Shown here: positions 41,395 to 54,001 of the stretch, in pieces | Numbering within the stretch: position 1 is the first letter of the stretch | Layout: each line of letters opens with the position of its first letter | NCBI GenBank assembly: GCA_964016885.1 | Contig: OZ024743.1 | Coordinates: forward strand, 118,358,001-118,422,000 | Source of the DNA: Eledone cirrhosa | Lineage: Eukaryota | Length of the DNA: 64,000 nucleotides | Reading direction: 5' to 3' | Position numbers and translations under genes: made by a program | The notes under the pieces: model-generated | Databases searched by the model: none | What the model saw: only the letters and a program-made list of their open reading frames with translations | Told to the model about the DNA's origin: nothing

Positions 41395-44300
41395 ATGACC
41401 TCACTCAGAATAGGCAGCATAAATGCGCGTGGCTTGGGGTCGTCATGGAAGCAGGGCCACCTGCTCAACGACCTCAGGTCACTAAACATAGATGTAGTGG
41501 CCATCAGCGAGACCAGAATCTCCGAAGCACGGGCCTTCGCACCGATCTTCGGCGGCTACGTGTGTACGCATGTCCCAGCCGTCCTGGATCGGGTGGAGGA
41601 GTTGCTGTGCTTTTTCGGAGAGGTTTGGATCTCGCCATACGGGCCATCTTCCTGGACCCAGAGGGTAAGCTGGTGGTGCTGGACGTGACCAGCGGAGACG
41701 GGCAAGCTTTCAGGCTAGTGGCCGTCTATGCCCCGACAGGAGCAGGGCGGCCTGATTTCTTCCGGCGTCTGGAGACATTTCTTGGAACGTCCCGCTCTTT
41801 AGTGTTAGTGGGCGACTGGAACGGGATCTTAGATGCACGCTGGGACTGTGTGGGATTAGCGGATAGAGGTGGAGGGTGCAAGAGCCTCACCAACCTGCTC
41901 AGGCGTTTTGAACTGTCTGACAGGTACCGATTGGATTTCCCGAATGTGCCAATGTGGACTTGAACAAACCGCATAGGGTCATCCAGATCATATCTAGATA
42001 GAGTATTTTGTAGGGAAATAGATAGGTCTAGCATAGGCTGTCCACAATTCAAGATAGTCAGCTACACGGACCACAAATTCGTGATCTGTGTGCTTGACTT
42101 AGATAGGCTTCATAGACGAGGACCCGGCTACTGGAAGCTAAACGCGTCCTTACCAGCGCGCAAGGCCTACAGAGACCGGATTAGCGAACTAGTTAAGGGG
42201 GCGTTGACGGGGGCCATCGTCAACAACAAGTGGTGGTTTGCTCTGAAAAGAGCGATTAGAATAGAATCGATTAGGTTTAGTAAGGCTTTAGCAATAGAAA
42301 AAAATAGAGCAGAGGGAGAACTAGTTAGAAAATTAGACGTGGCGCTTAGCAAAGGCATTGCGACCGACGTGCTTTCGGCGAAATTGGCCCTTGACCAATT
42401 CTTCAATGCAAAGCACGAAGGCTGCGTTGTCAGAGCAAGGGTGCGTGCTCTCAGACACGAGGGGACGAAAGCCGTTCAATGGGCCCGAGTGGTGGAGGCG
42501 CGTCGTGGCAACAAAGCCACGATCCGGTCTTTGGTGGACCACGACGGGCGCATGCTACTCGATCCCGGGCAAATGTGTGAAGCTTTTCAGCGACACTTCG
42601 CTCAGCTGTTCGGGGGCAGCGGTGGGCCGGGTAGAGGGATGGACTTTAGTGTCTACCTCGACGGACTGCCGCGGCTCTCGGCCACTGAGGCGAAGTGTTG
42701 CGAAAAGCCGATAACAGCCGCTGAAGTAAGGGAGGCAATGACTGGCTGCACAAGGGGTAAATCGCCTGGTTTGGATGGTCTGTCCTATGAACTTTACGTA
42801 CAGATGCCAGACTTGTTCAGAGGCCTCTTGGCCGACGTCTACTGCAACTGGCAACAGAACGGGAGAATTCCCAGTTCTGTGAGCCGAGGAGCGGTGGCAC
42901 TGCTGAGAAAGGATCCGAACAAGGGGGATAACATAGACAATTTCCGGCCCATAATTCTGCTAAACACAGAGTTTAAGATTTTGGCCAAGGTGCTAGCAAA
43001 GAGGTTGGCGCTTGTCGTTGGTGGTCTGGTGGGAGAGGCGAAGACATGCGCCATTCCCGACAGATCCATCCACGACAACCTCCACCTCATGCGATACATC
43101 ATAGAGAGGGTAGCTAAGGAACCTGGCACGGGTGGGTCCTTGATCAATTTAGATCAGTCGAAAGCTTTCGATAGGGTCGACCATCGTTACCTAGCGGCAG
43201 TCCTGAAGGCGGCTGGCTTTGGGCCCGTCTTCAGAGGCTGGATCGCTGCCATGCACAGCGACATCTGCTCTGTGGTGAGAGTGAACGGTCACCTGTCGGA
43301 ACCGTTCAACATCATGCGCTCGGTCCGCCAAGGATGTCCCCTCTCGTCCCTCTTGTACGTATTGACTCTCGAGCCATTACTGCACAGACTGGAGACGTTG
43401 AGGGGAGTCCCGCGCGAACAAGGATGCGGAAGATCCGTGTCAGCATATGCGGACGATGTCACCGTAGTGGTGTCGAACGCCAAACACATCGAGGCGATCG
43501 GCACTACACTAAGAGAATACGAAGCGGTGACAGGAGCAATGATCAACCAGGAAAAGTCAGTGGGCCTGCAGCTCGGCACCTGGAGAAGCAGGTCCATGCC
43601 GTCCAACAGCGTCGTCGGACGCTGGACGGACGGACCGGTTAAATTGCTAGGGGTCTGGTTTGGTCCGGACCTCCAGACGGACAAAAACTGGGACGAGGTG
43701 ACGAGCAGGGTGGCTTCTCTCACCCAGAAATGGGCGGAGAGGAAGCTATCCCTGAAAGGTCGAGCGGAGGTGGCTGACGCGTACATCGCGTCTGTCATCT
43801 GCTACCGCCTGACCGTCGTACCTTGTCCTAAGCCTCGCCTGACTGCGCTGGAGCGTTTGCTCTTTCGCTTTTTGTGGAAGGGACGTGCTCCGATGGTCAG
43901 GCGGTCCATCTGTTGTCAACACCCGCTACGTGGAGGGCTGGGCATGCCGTGGCTGATGATGCGCAGGCACGCGCTCAGGCTACGACATCTCCACCTCTTC
44001 CTCGACGGTGATCAGGTGTGGTCGCCGTTTGCTAGGCGCGTATTTCCCCAGCTCGTTTCCTTGACGGAGCTGCAGTCCTGGGTCAAGCGAAGACCGAGAG
44101 GGAGCGCCTGGAGACTCGAATGTCTTCAGGCGCTCACAGCCCTCGACCAATCGGGCAATGTGATCGGTGGAAACTCCACCTCGGCGTTCTATAGAGGATT
44201 AGTGGAGGGTAAGAGCGACGACGTACTTGGGGAAACTCTAGGCGTCGACGAAAATCAACTAGCCAATCTCTTCGGAAGAACTTTCGGGCCGGGGCCTATG

Positions 44301-44813
44301 GACAACTTCCAGAAATCTCTGGCCTGGCAGTGCTACCGAGGAGCCTTTCCAGTTCGGGATAAACTCTACAGGCATGGAGGTGCCGTCAACCGGGCATGTC
44401 CGAGATGCGCGCAGGGCGACGAAACCCTCCTGCACGCACTCGTCCAGTGTCCGAAAATTGCTGACTTGTGGGTTTATGTCGAACACCTGCTGTCGCGTTT
44501 AGGACGGATCCGGCTATCATCTGAGTCAATCGTGAGGATTGCCCCGCCCTCCTCCTTTAGCCGGGAAGGGCAGGCAGTTTTTATCTGTCTGGTGGCCATG
44601 GCGAAAGAGATAGTATGGTGGACACGTTTGAAAGGGCTGAAGACGAGCACTTACCTCTTCGGTGATGCTCTGATTGACTTTTTCAAATTTCATTTGAAAA
44701 GGAAAATCAGAGTAGAGAGGGAAGTGCTCTCTTCCCAGCATTTTGTTGAAAGATGGGAGAGAGAAGCAAGAATGGCCCGAGTGTATGGGCCTACTCTGAG
44801 TATATATCTGTAA
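41395..44813 (+). pseudogene. LINE ORF2: AP endonuclease + reverse transcriptase + C-terminal zinc finger; one frameshift and one in-frame stop
   Basis: Motifs: SINARGL, ISETR, VYAP, GDWN, GPGYWKLN, KSPGLDG, NFRPIILLN, DQSKAFDRV, VRQGCPLS, YADD, CPRC..ETLLHALVQC. The stop is at 41961-41963. Confidence 0.92.
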
Positions 44814-45239
44814 ATTAAAGGTGGAAAACTGGGAGAGGGCACTTGCCTTGGTGGTCAGGGTCATTGTGGCTTTTTACTGGGCTTTCTCCACAAATGTCCC
44901 TCCGATGTCTCCCCCCTATTGGGGAATTTTTCATTGTTATTTTCATTGTTATTTTTGTTACATCCTCTGTTTTTGTTTTTTACACGCAGAAATGCCCATT
45001 TGTACCGTCCTGCATTGTCCTGCACTGTCCTTAATGTCTACTTTATGTAAACCCTTGTGGTTAATAAAGAAATCATTATTATTATTATTAGTAGTAGTAT
45101 TATTATTATTATTGTTACTATTATTATTACTTTTTTTTTTCTTTTCCCAATTCAATGATGTTCCAAAACAATATAACAGAGATAATCGGCAATAAAGGTT
45201 CTGGAACAAAAAAGATAATTGGCAATAAGGGTTATCACA

Positions 45240-48200
45240 GCCTGGGCCCGCTCGTCATCGTGCCACTGTAGTAGAGCCAAACAAGGCATTTAGTCTTGGC
45301 TGCTGGAACGTACGGACGCTGCTTGACAGGGATTCCTTGGAACGTCCTGAACGAAGGACCGCTCTTGTTGCAAAGGAGCTTCGACGTTACGATCTTGACA
45401 TCGTGGCTTGATCTGAGACGAGGTTAGCTGGAGATGGTCATCTTACAGAATTTTGTGGAGAATATACATTCTTCTGGAAAGGAAGAGATGACGGAACCAG
45501 AAGAGAGGCTGGGGTAGCATTTGCTGTTAAGACTGTTCTTGTGGATAAATTAGAAGAATTCCCAGTAGGGATTAGTGAGTGTCTTATGTCCATGAGATTT
45601 CCGCTGGACAAAGGAAGATATGCGACCCTGGTGAGTGTGCATGCTCCAACTATGAATTCTGTCGATGAAGAAAAAGTGTCCTTTTACCATGCCTTAAAAG
45701 GTGTTTTAAGAAATATCTCTCAGGCAGACAAAGTCATCGTGCTTGGTGACTTTAATGCTAGAGTGGGTAGGGATTTTAACACATGGAATGTAATCGGAAG
45801 GCATGATGTGGGAAAGTGTAACAACAATGGTGTGCTCCTGCTGCAGATGTGTGAGGAGCTGGATCTGTGTGTTACCAACACCAATTCCAACAAAAGAAAA
45901 AATTAAAGACCATGTGGATGCATCCGGAATCTAAGGAATGGCATATTTTGGACTATGTCCTAGTTAGGATGCGTGACAGACAGGATGTGCAGTGTGTTCG
46001 TGCTCTTCGTGGAGCTGAGTACTGGACGGACCACCGCCTGGTATGCGCAAAAGTGAAACTAATCACTAAACGTAAAATCCGGACCCTGCCCAGAAATTGA
46101 ATGCTGCTCGTCTTAGGGATTAATATGTGAAGAGAACATTGCAAGAAGCGATGCAGGCTGCAGATCTTGGTGAGGATTGGCCGACCCTTAAAAAGTCGGT
46201 TTATGATGAAGGCAGCCGTGTTCAGGGATTGGTGCAGAGAAAACATCAAGACTGGTTTAATTAGAATTATGAACATATAGAAGACTTGTTGGCTGATAAG
46301 AGGCGTGCTCTGTCACGATACTTGACGGCAAAACCACAGGAGAAGAATATGTTGCATAAGGAACTCAAGGATGTGAAATCACGTATTACGCGGAGTCTTT
46401 CTGAGATGAAGGATCAGTGGTGGAGTGAGAAGGCTGATGAGATACAAGCTGAATCAGATTCCAATAACACAGAGCTGTTGTACAGTCTCTTGCGTGAAGT
46501 TTATGGACCGTCTTCTTCTCTGGTGATACCGCTTCGCAGCAAGGATGGCAAAGAACTTCTTCGTGACTCACAAGGAATTCTACGAAGGTGGCGAGAGCAC
46601 TTTCATGAGCTTTTGAATCAGCCGTCTGTCGTCAATGAAGATTTCCTCAATCTCATTCGAGAAAGTCCTGTGAATGAAGCTCTCGCAGAACCTCCGACGC
46701 TTGTGGGGGTTGCAGCGGCTATCTTGAAGCTGAACAGTGGAAGGTCTCCAGATATGGATGGCATACATGCTGAGCTCCTACAATATGGGGGTGAGAGACT
46801 CCTGTAAGATCTTCATTCTTTGTTTGGCAGGATATGGGTTAATGAATCCCTACCTGATGACTGGAGATATGCAGTAATGGTGGTCTTGTACAAGGGAAAG
46901 GGTAACAGGAATGATTGTGGGAACTACAGAGGTATATCATTGCTTTCTGTCGTAGGGAAAATTTTATGTAGGGTGCTTCTGGACTGTCTGCTGACACACA
47001 TTGCAGATTGTGTTCTTCCTGAAAGTCAATCTGGTTTTCGTGCTGGACGCAGCACTACTGATATGATATTCTCATTTAGACAGCTCCAGGAGAAGTTCAC
47101 GGAACAAGGTTTGGATCTGTATCATGTTTTTTGTCGATCTGACAAAAGCTTTCTATACTGTTAACAGAAATGCATTATGGAAGGTTCTCCAGAAACTTGG
47201 TTGCCCTGATAAGTTCCTTGCTTTAGTTAAGTCTTTCCATGACGTCATGAAGGCTTGGGTTAATGTCGGAGGCAACATGTCGGAGCCTATCTCAGTAAAA
47301 AATGGAGTGAAACAGGGGGATATTCCAGCACCAACCCTGTTTGCCATATACTTTGCAATGGTTTTCTATATTGCATTCAGGAATTGCGAGCTTGGTGTTT
47401 ACATCCGATATCGAACCTCAGGCAGCATATTTAACATCAGGCGCTTTGCTGCAAAAATAAAAGTATTTACATCAATCATAAGAGACCTCTTGTATGCAGA
47501 TGATTGCGATCTTGTAGCGCACACAGAGAGTGATATGCAACACATTTTTAATGCATTTTCTGATGCTTGCATTGCCCTAGGATTGACTGTCAGTCTCAAG
47601 AAAACCGTCGTCATGTACCAACATGGTAAGCAGTACAGTGAACCAAATATATATGTGTATGGTAAACGACTTGGAGTGGTTGATCAGTTTGTGTCTACCT
47701 GGGAAGTACTGTCAATCGATACAGCAACCTTGATAATGAAATCCCACTCAGGATTAGGAAAGCAAGTGATGCTTTCGAAAGCTAGAAAGGCGACTCTGGG
47801 GTCGGCGAGACATATGCAAGAAGACAAAGGTAAAGATGTACAAGGCATGTGTGCTCTCTTGTCTTCTTTATGCCTGCGAGACCTGGGTTACATATCGACA
47901 CCACCTTAAGCAATTGGAGCGTTTCCATCAGATGTGTCTCAGACGGATCCATGGCGTTCACTAGAGGGACCACATCAGTGATGTCGAGATTTTGGAAAGC
48001 TCTTGTGCTTAAACAACGACTCCTTTGGAGAGGTCACCTTGCCAGGATGAACGATTCTAGAATACCATATCAACCCTTTTATGGAGAGTTAGTTAAAGGA
48101 AAACGACCGCCACATAAACCAAAAAAGAGGTATAAGGATTCCTTGAAAGCCTCTTTGAAAGACGCTAACATATCTGCTGATACATGGGGAAATATTGCTG

Positions 48201-48832
48201 CTGATCGTAATAAATGGAGAAAGACTGTATATGAGGGAACAGTTGCTTTTGAGGCATCTCGAATCGCATACAAGAAAGTAAAGCGGGATGTGAGGAAGGG
48301 CATTGCTGTTGCACTTCCAGACGGCGAAGGTCCTCCTATGGTGCTGACATGCAGCGTCTGTGCTAGACTCTGCTTAAGCAAAGCTGTACTCGAAAGTCAT
48401 CTTCGCAGTTATAAAGTAAGACCAGTGATTGACTACCAGGCTGCTGTTGGATATGCTACTCATCATGCTTGCCAAACATGTGGTAGATAATGTAAATCAG
48501 TAGGAGGGCTCAAGCGACATGCAAAAGTACATGAACTCCAACCACAGTCGGCTATTCCCAGTGAATTTTTTGGTTGCCAACTCTGTGCAAGACGTTTTAG
48601 ATCATTGGCTGGGCTAAAAAGCCACATTCGATCGCAGCGCTGTTAATTACTATCGTGTGTGTGTGTGTATAGATATGTATATGTGTGTGCGCGTGTGTAT
48701 ATATATATATGTATATTATTATTGTTGTTGTTGTCGTTATTATTATTGTTGTTATTATTATTATTATTGTTATTATTATGGGGTTTTTTTTCTCGTGCAA
48801 TGGCCATACTCGATAACGATGGGGCAGACATC
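45240..48832 (+). mobile_element. Decayed RTE-clade LINE (APE-RT with C-terminal C2H2 fingers), (ATGT)n tail
   Basis: Motifs: WNVRTLLD..PERRTALVAKEL, GDFNARVG, LDYVLV, TDHRLV, NYRGISLLS, PESQSGFR, GVKQG, LLYADD, GKRP..KPKKRYKD. Many frameshifts. Confidence 0.9.
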
Positions 48833-48847
48833 ATGTATGTATGTATG

Positions 48848-48881
<34 letters not shown>

Positions 48882-48903
48882 TGTATGTATGTATGTATGT
48901 ATG

Positions 48904-48934
<31 letters not shown>

Positions 48935-49134
48935 GTAAGCATGCATGCAGGCATGTATGTATGTATGTATGTATGTATGTATGTTTGTATGTATATATGT
49001 ATGTACGTTACTGTCGGTAAAAAGACAGGACCTAGCTCAAAGGTGGCCACTCTGCCACTTAACAAATGTAACACAGAAACGCATTTAAAGTTGTGAAATC
49101 TTATGTCTGACAAATGTTGAGAAACATACATATC

Positions 49135-49560
49135 TGGATCCGGTAAAAATAACACCAAACTGATGTATAATCCCCTTCGTGAGGTCTACGGGCCTTCATC
49201 TTCTGTTGCACCATTACACTCTAAAGGTGGAAAATCTCTTTTCAGGCAACCAAAGGAAATAATTGTTTCTACTTTAGGCACAAGGCCAGCAATTACCCAG
49301 TGCATTACTGGTATTTTATCGACCCCGTAAGGATGAAAGGCAAAGTCACCTTGGTGGGATTTGAACTCAGATCCTAAAGGGACGTAACTATGCTGGAAAG
49401 CATGGTGTTCGACCCTCTACCGATACTGCCAATCCACTAATGGACAGATGACATGAGCACTTTGAAAAAATTCTACATCAGCCTTCGGTGATTGATGAGA
49501 AGTTTCTTAAGTCAATGCCATGCAGAACTGTCAACGATGGTATGACAGGTTCGTATAGAA
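49135..49560 (+). mobile_element. Older RTE fragment interrupted by a SINE
   Basis: Similar to 46455-46680 (CGTGAGGTCTACGGGCCTTCATCTTCT; ATCAGCCTTCGGTGATTGATGA). Confidence 0.55.
49258..49437 (-). mobile_element. tRNA-derived SINE, full length
   Basis: Reverse complement of the family consensus, ending TACCGATACTGCCAATCCAC. Confidence 0.8.
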
Positions 49561-51571
49561 ACTGTAACTCCAATAATGGCGAGAATGAAGCTGAAAGTGT
49601 ATTTTGGATGCTGGTGTTGCATACACCTCATCAATGGTCCATAGATATCCTTCTCCTCTTGCATTTTTCTTACAACATTGACATCATGTGAGCAGCTAAT
49701 TTCTAAAATAGAGTGTGTTTTTCAATGCATGGGCTAATACTGAAATATGAGGCCAGTTGGGCCTTAATTTGGTGGAAGTTAATAACCATTTGACCAGTTA
49801 TTATGTACCCTCGATACTTTTCATGCAACCCTATCAGATATTGCCGTTATGAGGTCTGGGCCTCGGAAATTTCTGTTTGATATTTTCTCTAGAACTGATT
49901 TCAGTATTTCGCCATCTACTTCATATTGATTTTGCTGGTCATACATGCAGGAGTTGTGCGCCAGTTCTTTTAACCTTATAGCTTGCTTGTTGCGTTCATT
50001 TGTTTCCCATACATATCTCCCGTTGTTTCCAACTTGATCTTTTGTAGAGGTGTCTGTTTTTTTTATAGATTGTGCCCTTTACATTGTAGATACGATGTGA
50101 TACTGTCAAACAATTTATTCAGTATTTGCCGTTTATACGCTGTAGATTTATATATTAGATTTATATTTTATTGAGTTGATGTTTCAGCTTGTGGAATTTG
50201 GAATTTAAATCTCTTCTATATTTTATTCTAGATCTTCGTGATTTTTTTAATTGTTCTCTATGTTAAATGTTATATCTACAACGATCCGTGAGATATTATT
50301 TTAAAGTTACGTGCCCATTCTTGTCCAGTTTTTCGGCTTGTATCTTGATTGCATGGTTTCAGCTGTATGTGATACTAATGTGATCGCTGAGTCGTATCAA
50401 AAGGTTAATGGTTCAGTATGTTGTTTTCATTGCTCTGGACTGAGTGACCTTCAGCTAATTGTCTGCTGTTTCGTGTAATGCCTCCAATTCTACTTTAATG
50501 GATTCTTTACTTATACTGGTGTTGTACGCCCTGTCATTCAAATTAAGATTGTGGACTTGTTGAAACATATCCCAGATCACTTGGAAGGTGTCCCCCGAGC
50601 CGAGTTTTTGTTGCTCTTTTGTTTGTACAGTAGTAGAGGTATGGATTTCAGCTAAATTGTTAGTGTGTTGTTTACTGCTAAATGTAGCTGACCGTTTTGT
50701 CTGTACATTAGTGTAAGTGGGATGATGATCTTCAAAGGCTGGCTTTGTAGAGACAGCCTGCTTTGAATAAGACAATTTTATTAAATGTATCAATTTACAT
50801 CTAATGGCACGCTTTGCTTGTTCCTTTAAATATTTTGGGGGGAAATCTAATTCTGGGTATTTGAAATTTCACATACAATTTAGTCTTTGTATAAAACAAA
50901 ACATATGGTGGTATATGCTTTATATAAATCATTGTTCAGATTGTAGCTCCATTGTATACAAAGATTGTCAGCTTGAACAATCACATCTATATTTCCTTGT
51001 TGGCTCATCTGTGTGTATCTTAAAACAAATTCCACAGTTATGTACGTATTAACATAATTAAGATGGTGAGCTAAAAATATCCTTTAATTTATTGAAATTT
51101 GCACTGTAATGATTTGCGAAGAAATTACATTTAATGAAAATTTCTCTCTAACCTGACAAGAGAAAAAAAACTCTTAAAATTTCAATTATATATATATGAG
51201 GCATTGCATCTGATCTTCAACAGCTATGATGAAAACCACATGCGTGTTTTGCTCTATTTACACCTCCTCAGTGAATCATAGTTCACTCAGACTCCTCTCA
51301 AACTAAGGAATTATCTAATTACTGGTAATCGAACTCTCTGTGGTTCTGTAACTTGCTCCAGTTGTAAGAAATATTCATTTATGTTTTTGACATTTCTTCG
51401 CATTACATTTATAAACTTAATTGCATCTCACCAGATTGTGTATAGTTAAGTATGTACCCGTGTATTAACTGGTTGATATGACAAATGGATTTAGGAAGAT
51501 GGAATGTCTGTTCAGCTGGTTCATTCTGTTTGATCATCAAGTAATCTATACGGTGCCTGTTTGCATTTGTG

Positions 51572-51601
51572 CGCGCGCGCACACACACACACACAACACA
51601 T

Positions 51602-51665
<64 letters not shown>

Positions 51666-51670
51666 CACAT

Positions 51671-51738
<68 letters not shown>

Positions 51739-51743
51739 CACAT

Positions 51744-51797
<54 letters not shown>

Positions 51798-51848
51798 CAC
51801 AACACATGCACACATACACACACACATGCACACACACACACACACACT

Positions 51849-51898
<50 letters not shown>

Positions 51899-51900
51899 CG
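51572..51900. repeat. (CA)n with a recurring ACAACACATGC spacer
   Basis: Directly visible. Confidence 0.95.
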
Positions 51901-54001
51901 TGTGTATGTGTGTTTGTGTAGATATATATAAAGCCGTCACTAATCATTCACATCCACATATATACAGTCTTAAAACAACACCTTTGACAAATCATGTCAC
52001 ATGTGTTTACGCGTGCGTGGTTGGCAACAAAACCTTTCATGCGTGCGTTTCTTATTTTATCACTTATCACATTGAAGATGTAAATATTTAATTATATATT
52101 AAAGTAGTGATCTGCGTGTATATTGGCCTGTTTGTTTTGTTCTCTGTGAATTAGTGTATGAGTGTGCATATGTCTCAAGTGTTGGTGTGTGCATTTATAT
52201 GTGTTTGAGTCGAGTCTCAATTGATAAACAAATTGACAAACTCTGTATGGGGTGCAGCTTCTGACCTATATACAGAATATGGTTGACGAATCGCACGAGA
52301 TAGTGAAGGGGAGAGTAGAGAAACATGAGAGACAGAAAAGGCAAGGAGAGAAGTAGAGAGAGACGGGGTGGAGTGAAGAGTTAAATGTCCGAATGGTTAG
52401 GGTATTGAATTACTTTTTCCTTGTGAATTCATTTGCACTTTATAACGTTTCGTGTTTTTGTTTAACGAATTCAACATATTATGCAGTCTACATTCCTGGG
52501 AGATGGTGAATTTCTAGAAGAATTTCTAAACCCGATAACGAGGTTCTACTTATCATACTGAAAATAGTTGTTAAATCTCCCTAAATTTCAATAATAACTG
52601 AACACAGTCAAATAATGTATTTCTACATATAACGAAAGTGAAGCTATTTTCATCGTTATGTCTTTCATAATAATTTTACTCCAGTAGACCCGATGATGTG
52701 TCAAACAATAACAGAAAACACAACAACCTGTTGAAACATGCGTGCCTGTGTGTATATGTGAATATATGTGAGCGTGTGTATTTTTGTTTGTGCTTGAGTG
52801 CATGTGTATATCTGATATGTAAACCCGAATTCAGAAATAAACTGTAGCACAATACACGTCATGAAAAATATTCGCATGCATAAAGACGAATACACACGTA
52901 CACACGCATATACATGCACACGTATATATACGCACACACAGAAATAGGTAGATAAATATATACATATATATTGTCTGACTTATTAAGCTGTGGTAAATTT
53001 GAATTTTGAAAGTATAAATGTAATAATGCAGATAACTATAGTCATAGTTGACAAATAGATAGAATAGTAAAATTAATCGTTCAATATTCTTGGGACACGT
53101 AATAACGTTTCATGCAAGATTCGATGTTCGATACAATCCAGGCGTCTCTGTACAATGTTTACCGTGTTCATGGTTACGCTATCCTATCTCTTCAACCATT
53201 TTCTGTAGGTGTCAACTATTATTCTAGTTATCTGATTTGCGGTGACTTTCTTTCTCCCCCCTCTCTTTCTCTCTCGCTCGCTTACTCCCAAATTTTTAAA
53301 TATCAATCTCTGGACAATAGCAATGTCCCTGTGGCATAGATATTAATTATTTAGAAGTCGTAGACCTACGGCACCAAAATATAATTATCACTATTTCAAT
53401 TCCGGAAAAAAGTTCCTGTGTCGTGGTCCTTCTAGACGATGTTGTTAGAAAGTTGTAGCAGCGAAATATCTCACTATCAAACTTTCAATTTTAGAAAAAT
53501 AGCAAAGCTTGTATTGCATAATAGCAAATATTTCATGTGTGCAATAGATTCTAGATGGGAGCGAGCAGAGCGAGCTTATCAGCTAGTGATAGTATAAAAA
53601 TAAAATTAATATCATTGGTCTATGAAGAAAAATCAAAATTTATTGCATTTGTTAAATTATTCACTTACGTTTTTTTCATGCAGACTGAGGAACATAATGA
53701 CAGGACTGATAGTAAGCCTTTAAACATAGGTGTGTCCACTCAGCGATGATTTCTGATTAAACAATAACAACATAACGAGTTTATATACACAATGCAACTT
53801 ATTTTTAGTAGTTCTTAGTATCTAAGGTGAAGGTACTATTTGGTGTGAAACAGCGCAATAAAAAGTAAGGAAAATATTAACATGGCGTGTTGTTTTTCGA
53901 TATTTTGGCCATGGCTGAGCTGGCTTATGTCCAAAGGTTTTTCAACGTATGACTAACCAGACATTTATCTTTCTATAGATACACTTTTTATTCAATATAT
54001 A

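Larger units (their letters stand above)
39058..45090 (+). mobile_element. Near full-length Tx1/L1-clade LINE
   Basis: Two-ORF layout; the 3' UTR ends AATAAAGAAATC followed by (ATT)n; (TAT)n lies on both sides. Confidence 0.92.

Noticed and set aside
49600-51000. Possible very old LINE RT remnant on the minus strand
   Set aside because: Only faint motif echoes are visible; a profile search would be needed.
53665-53720. Possible micro-exon (TTTTTTCATGCAG ... GTAAGC); similar acceptor-like sites at about 16204 and 35326
   Set aside because: Splice-like motifs alone are common, and there is no coding or transcript evidence.
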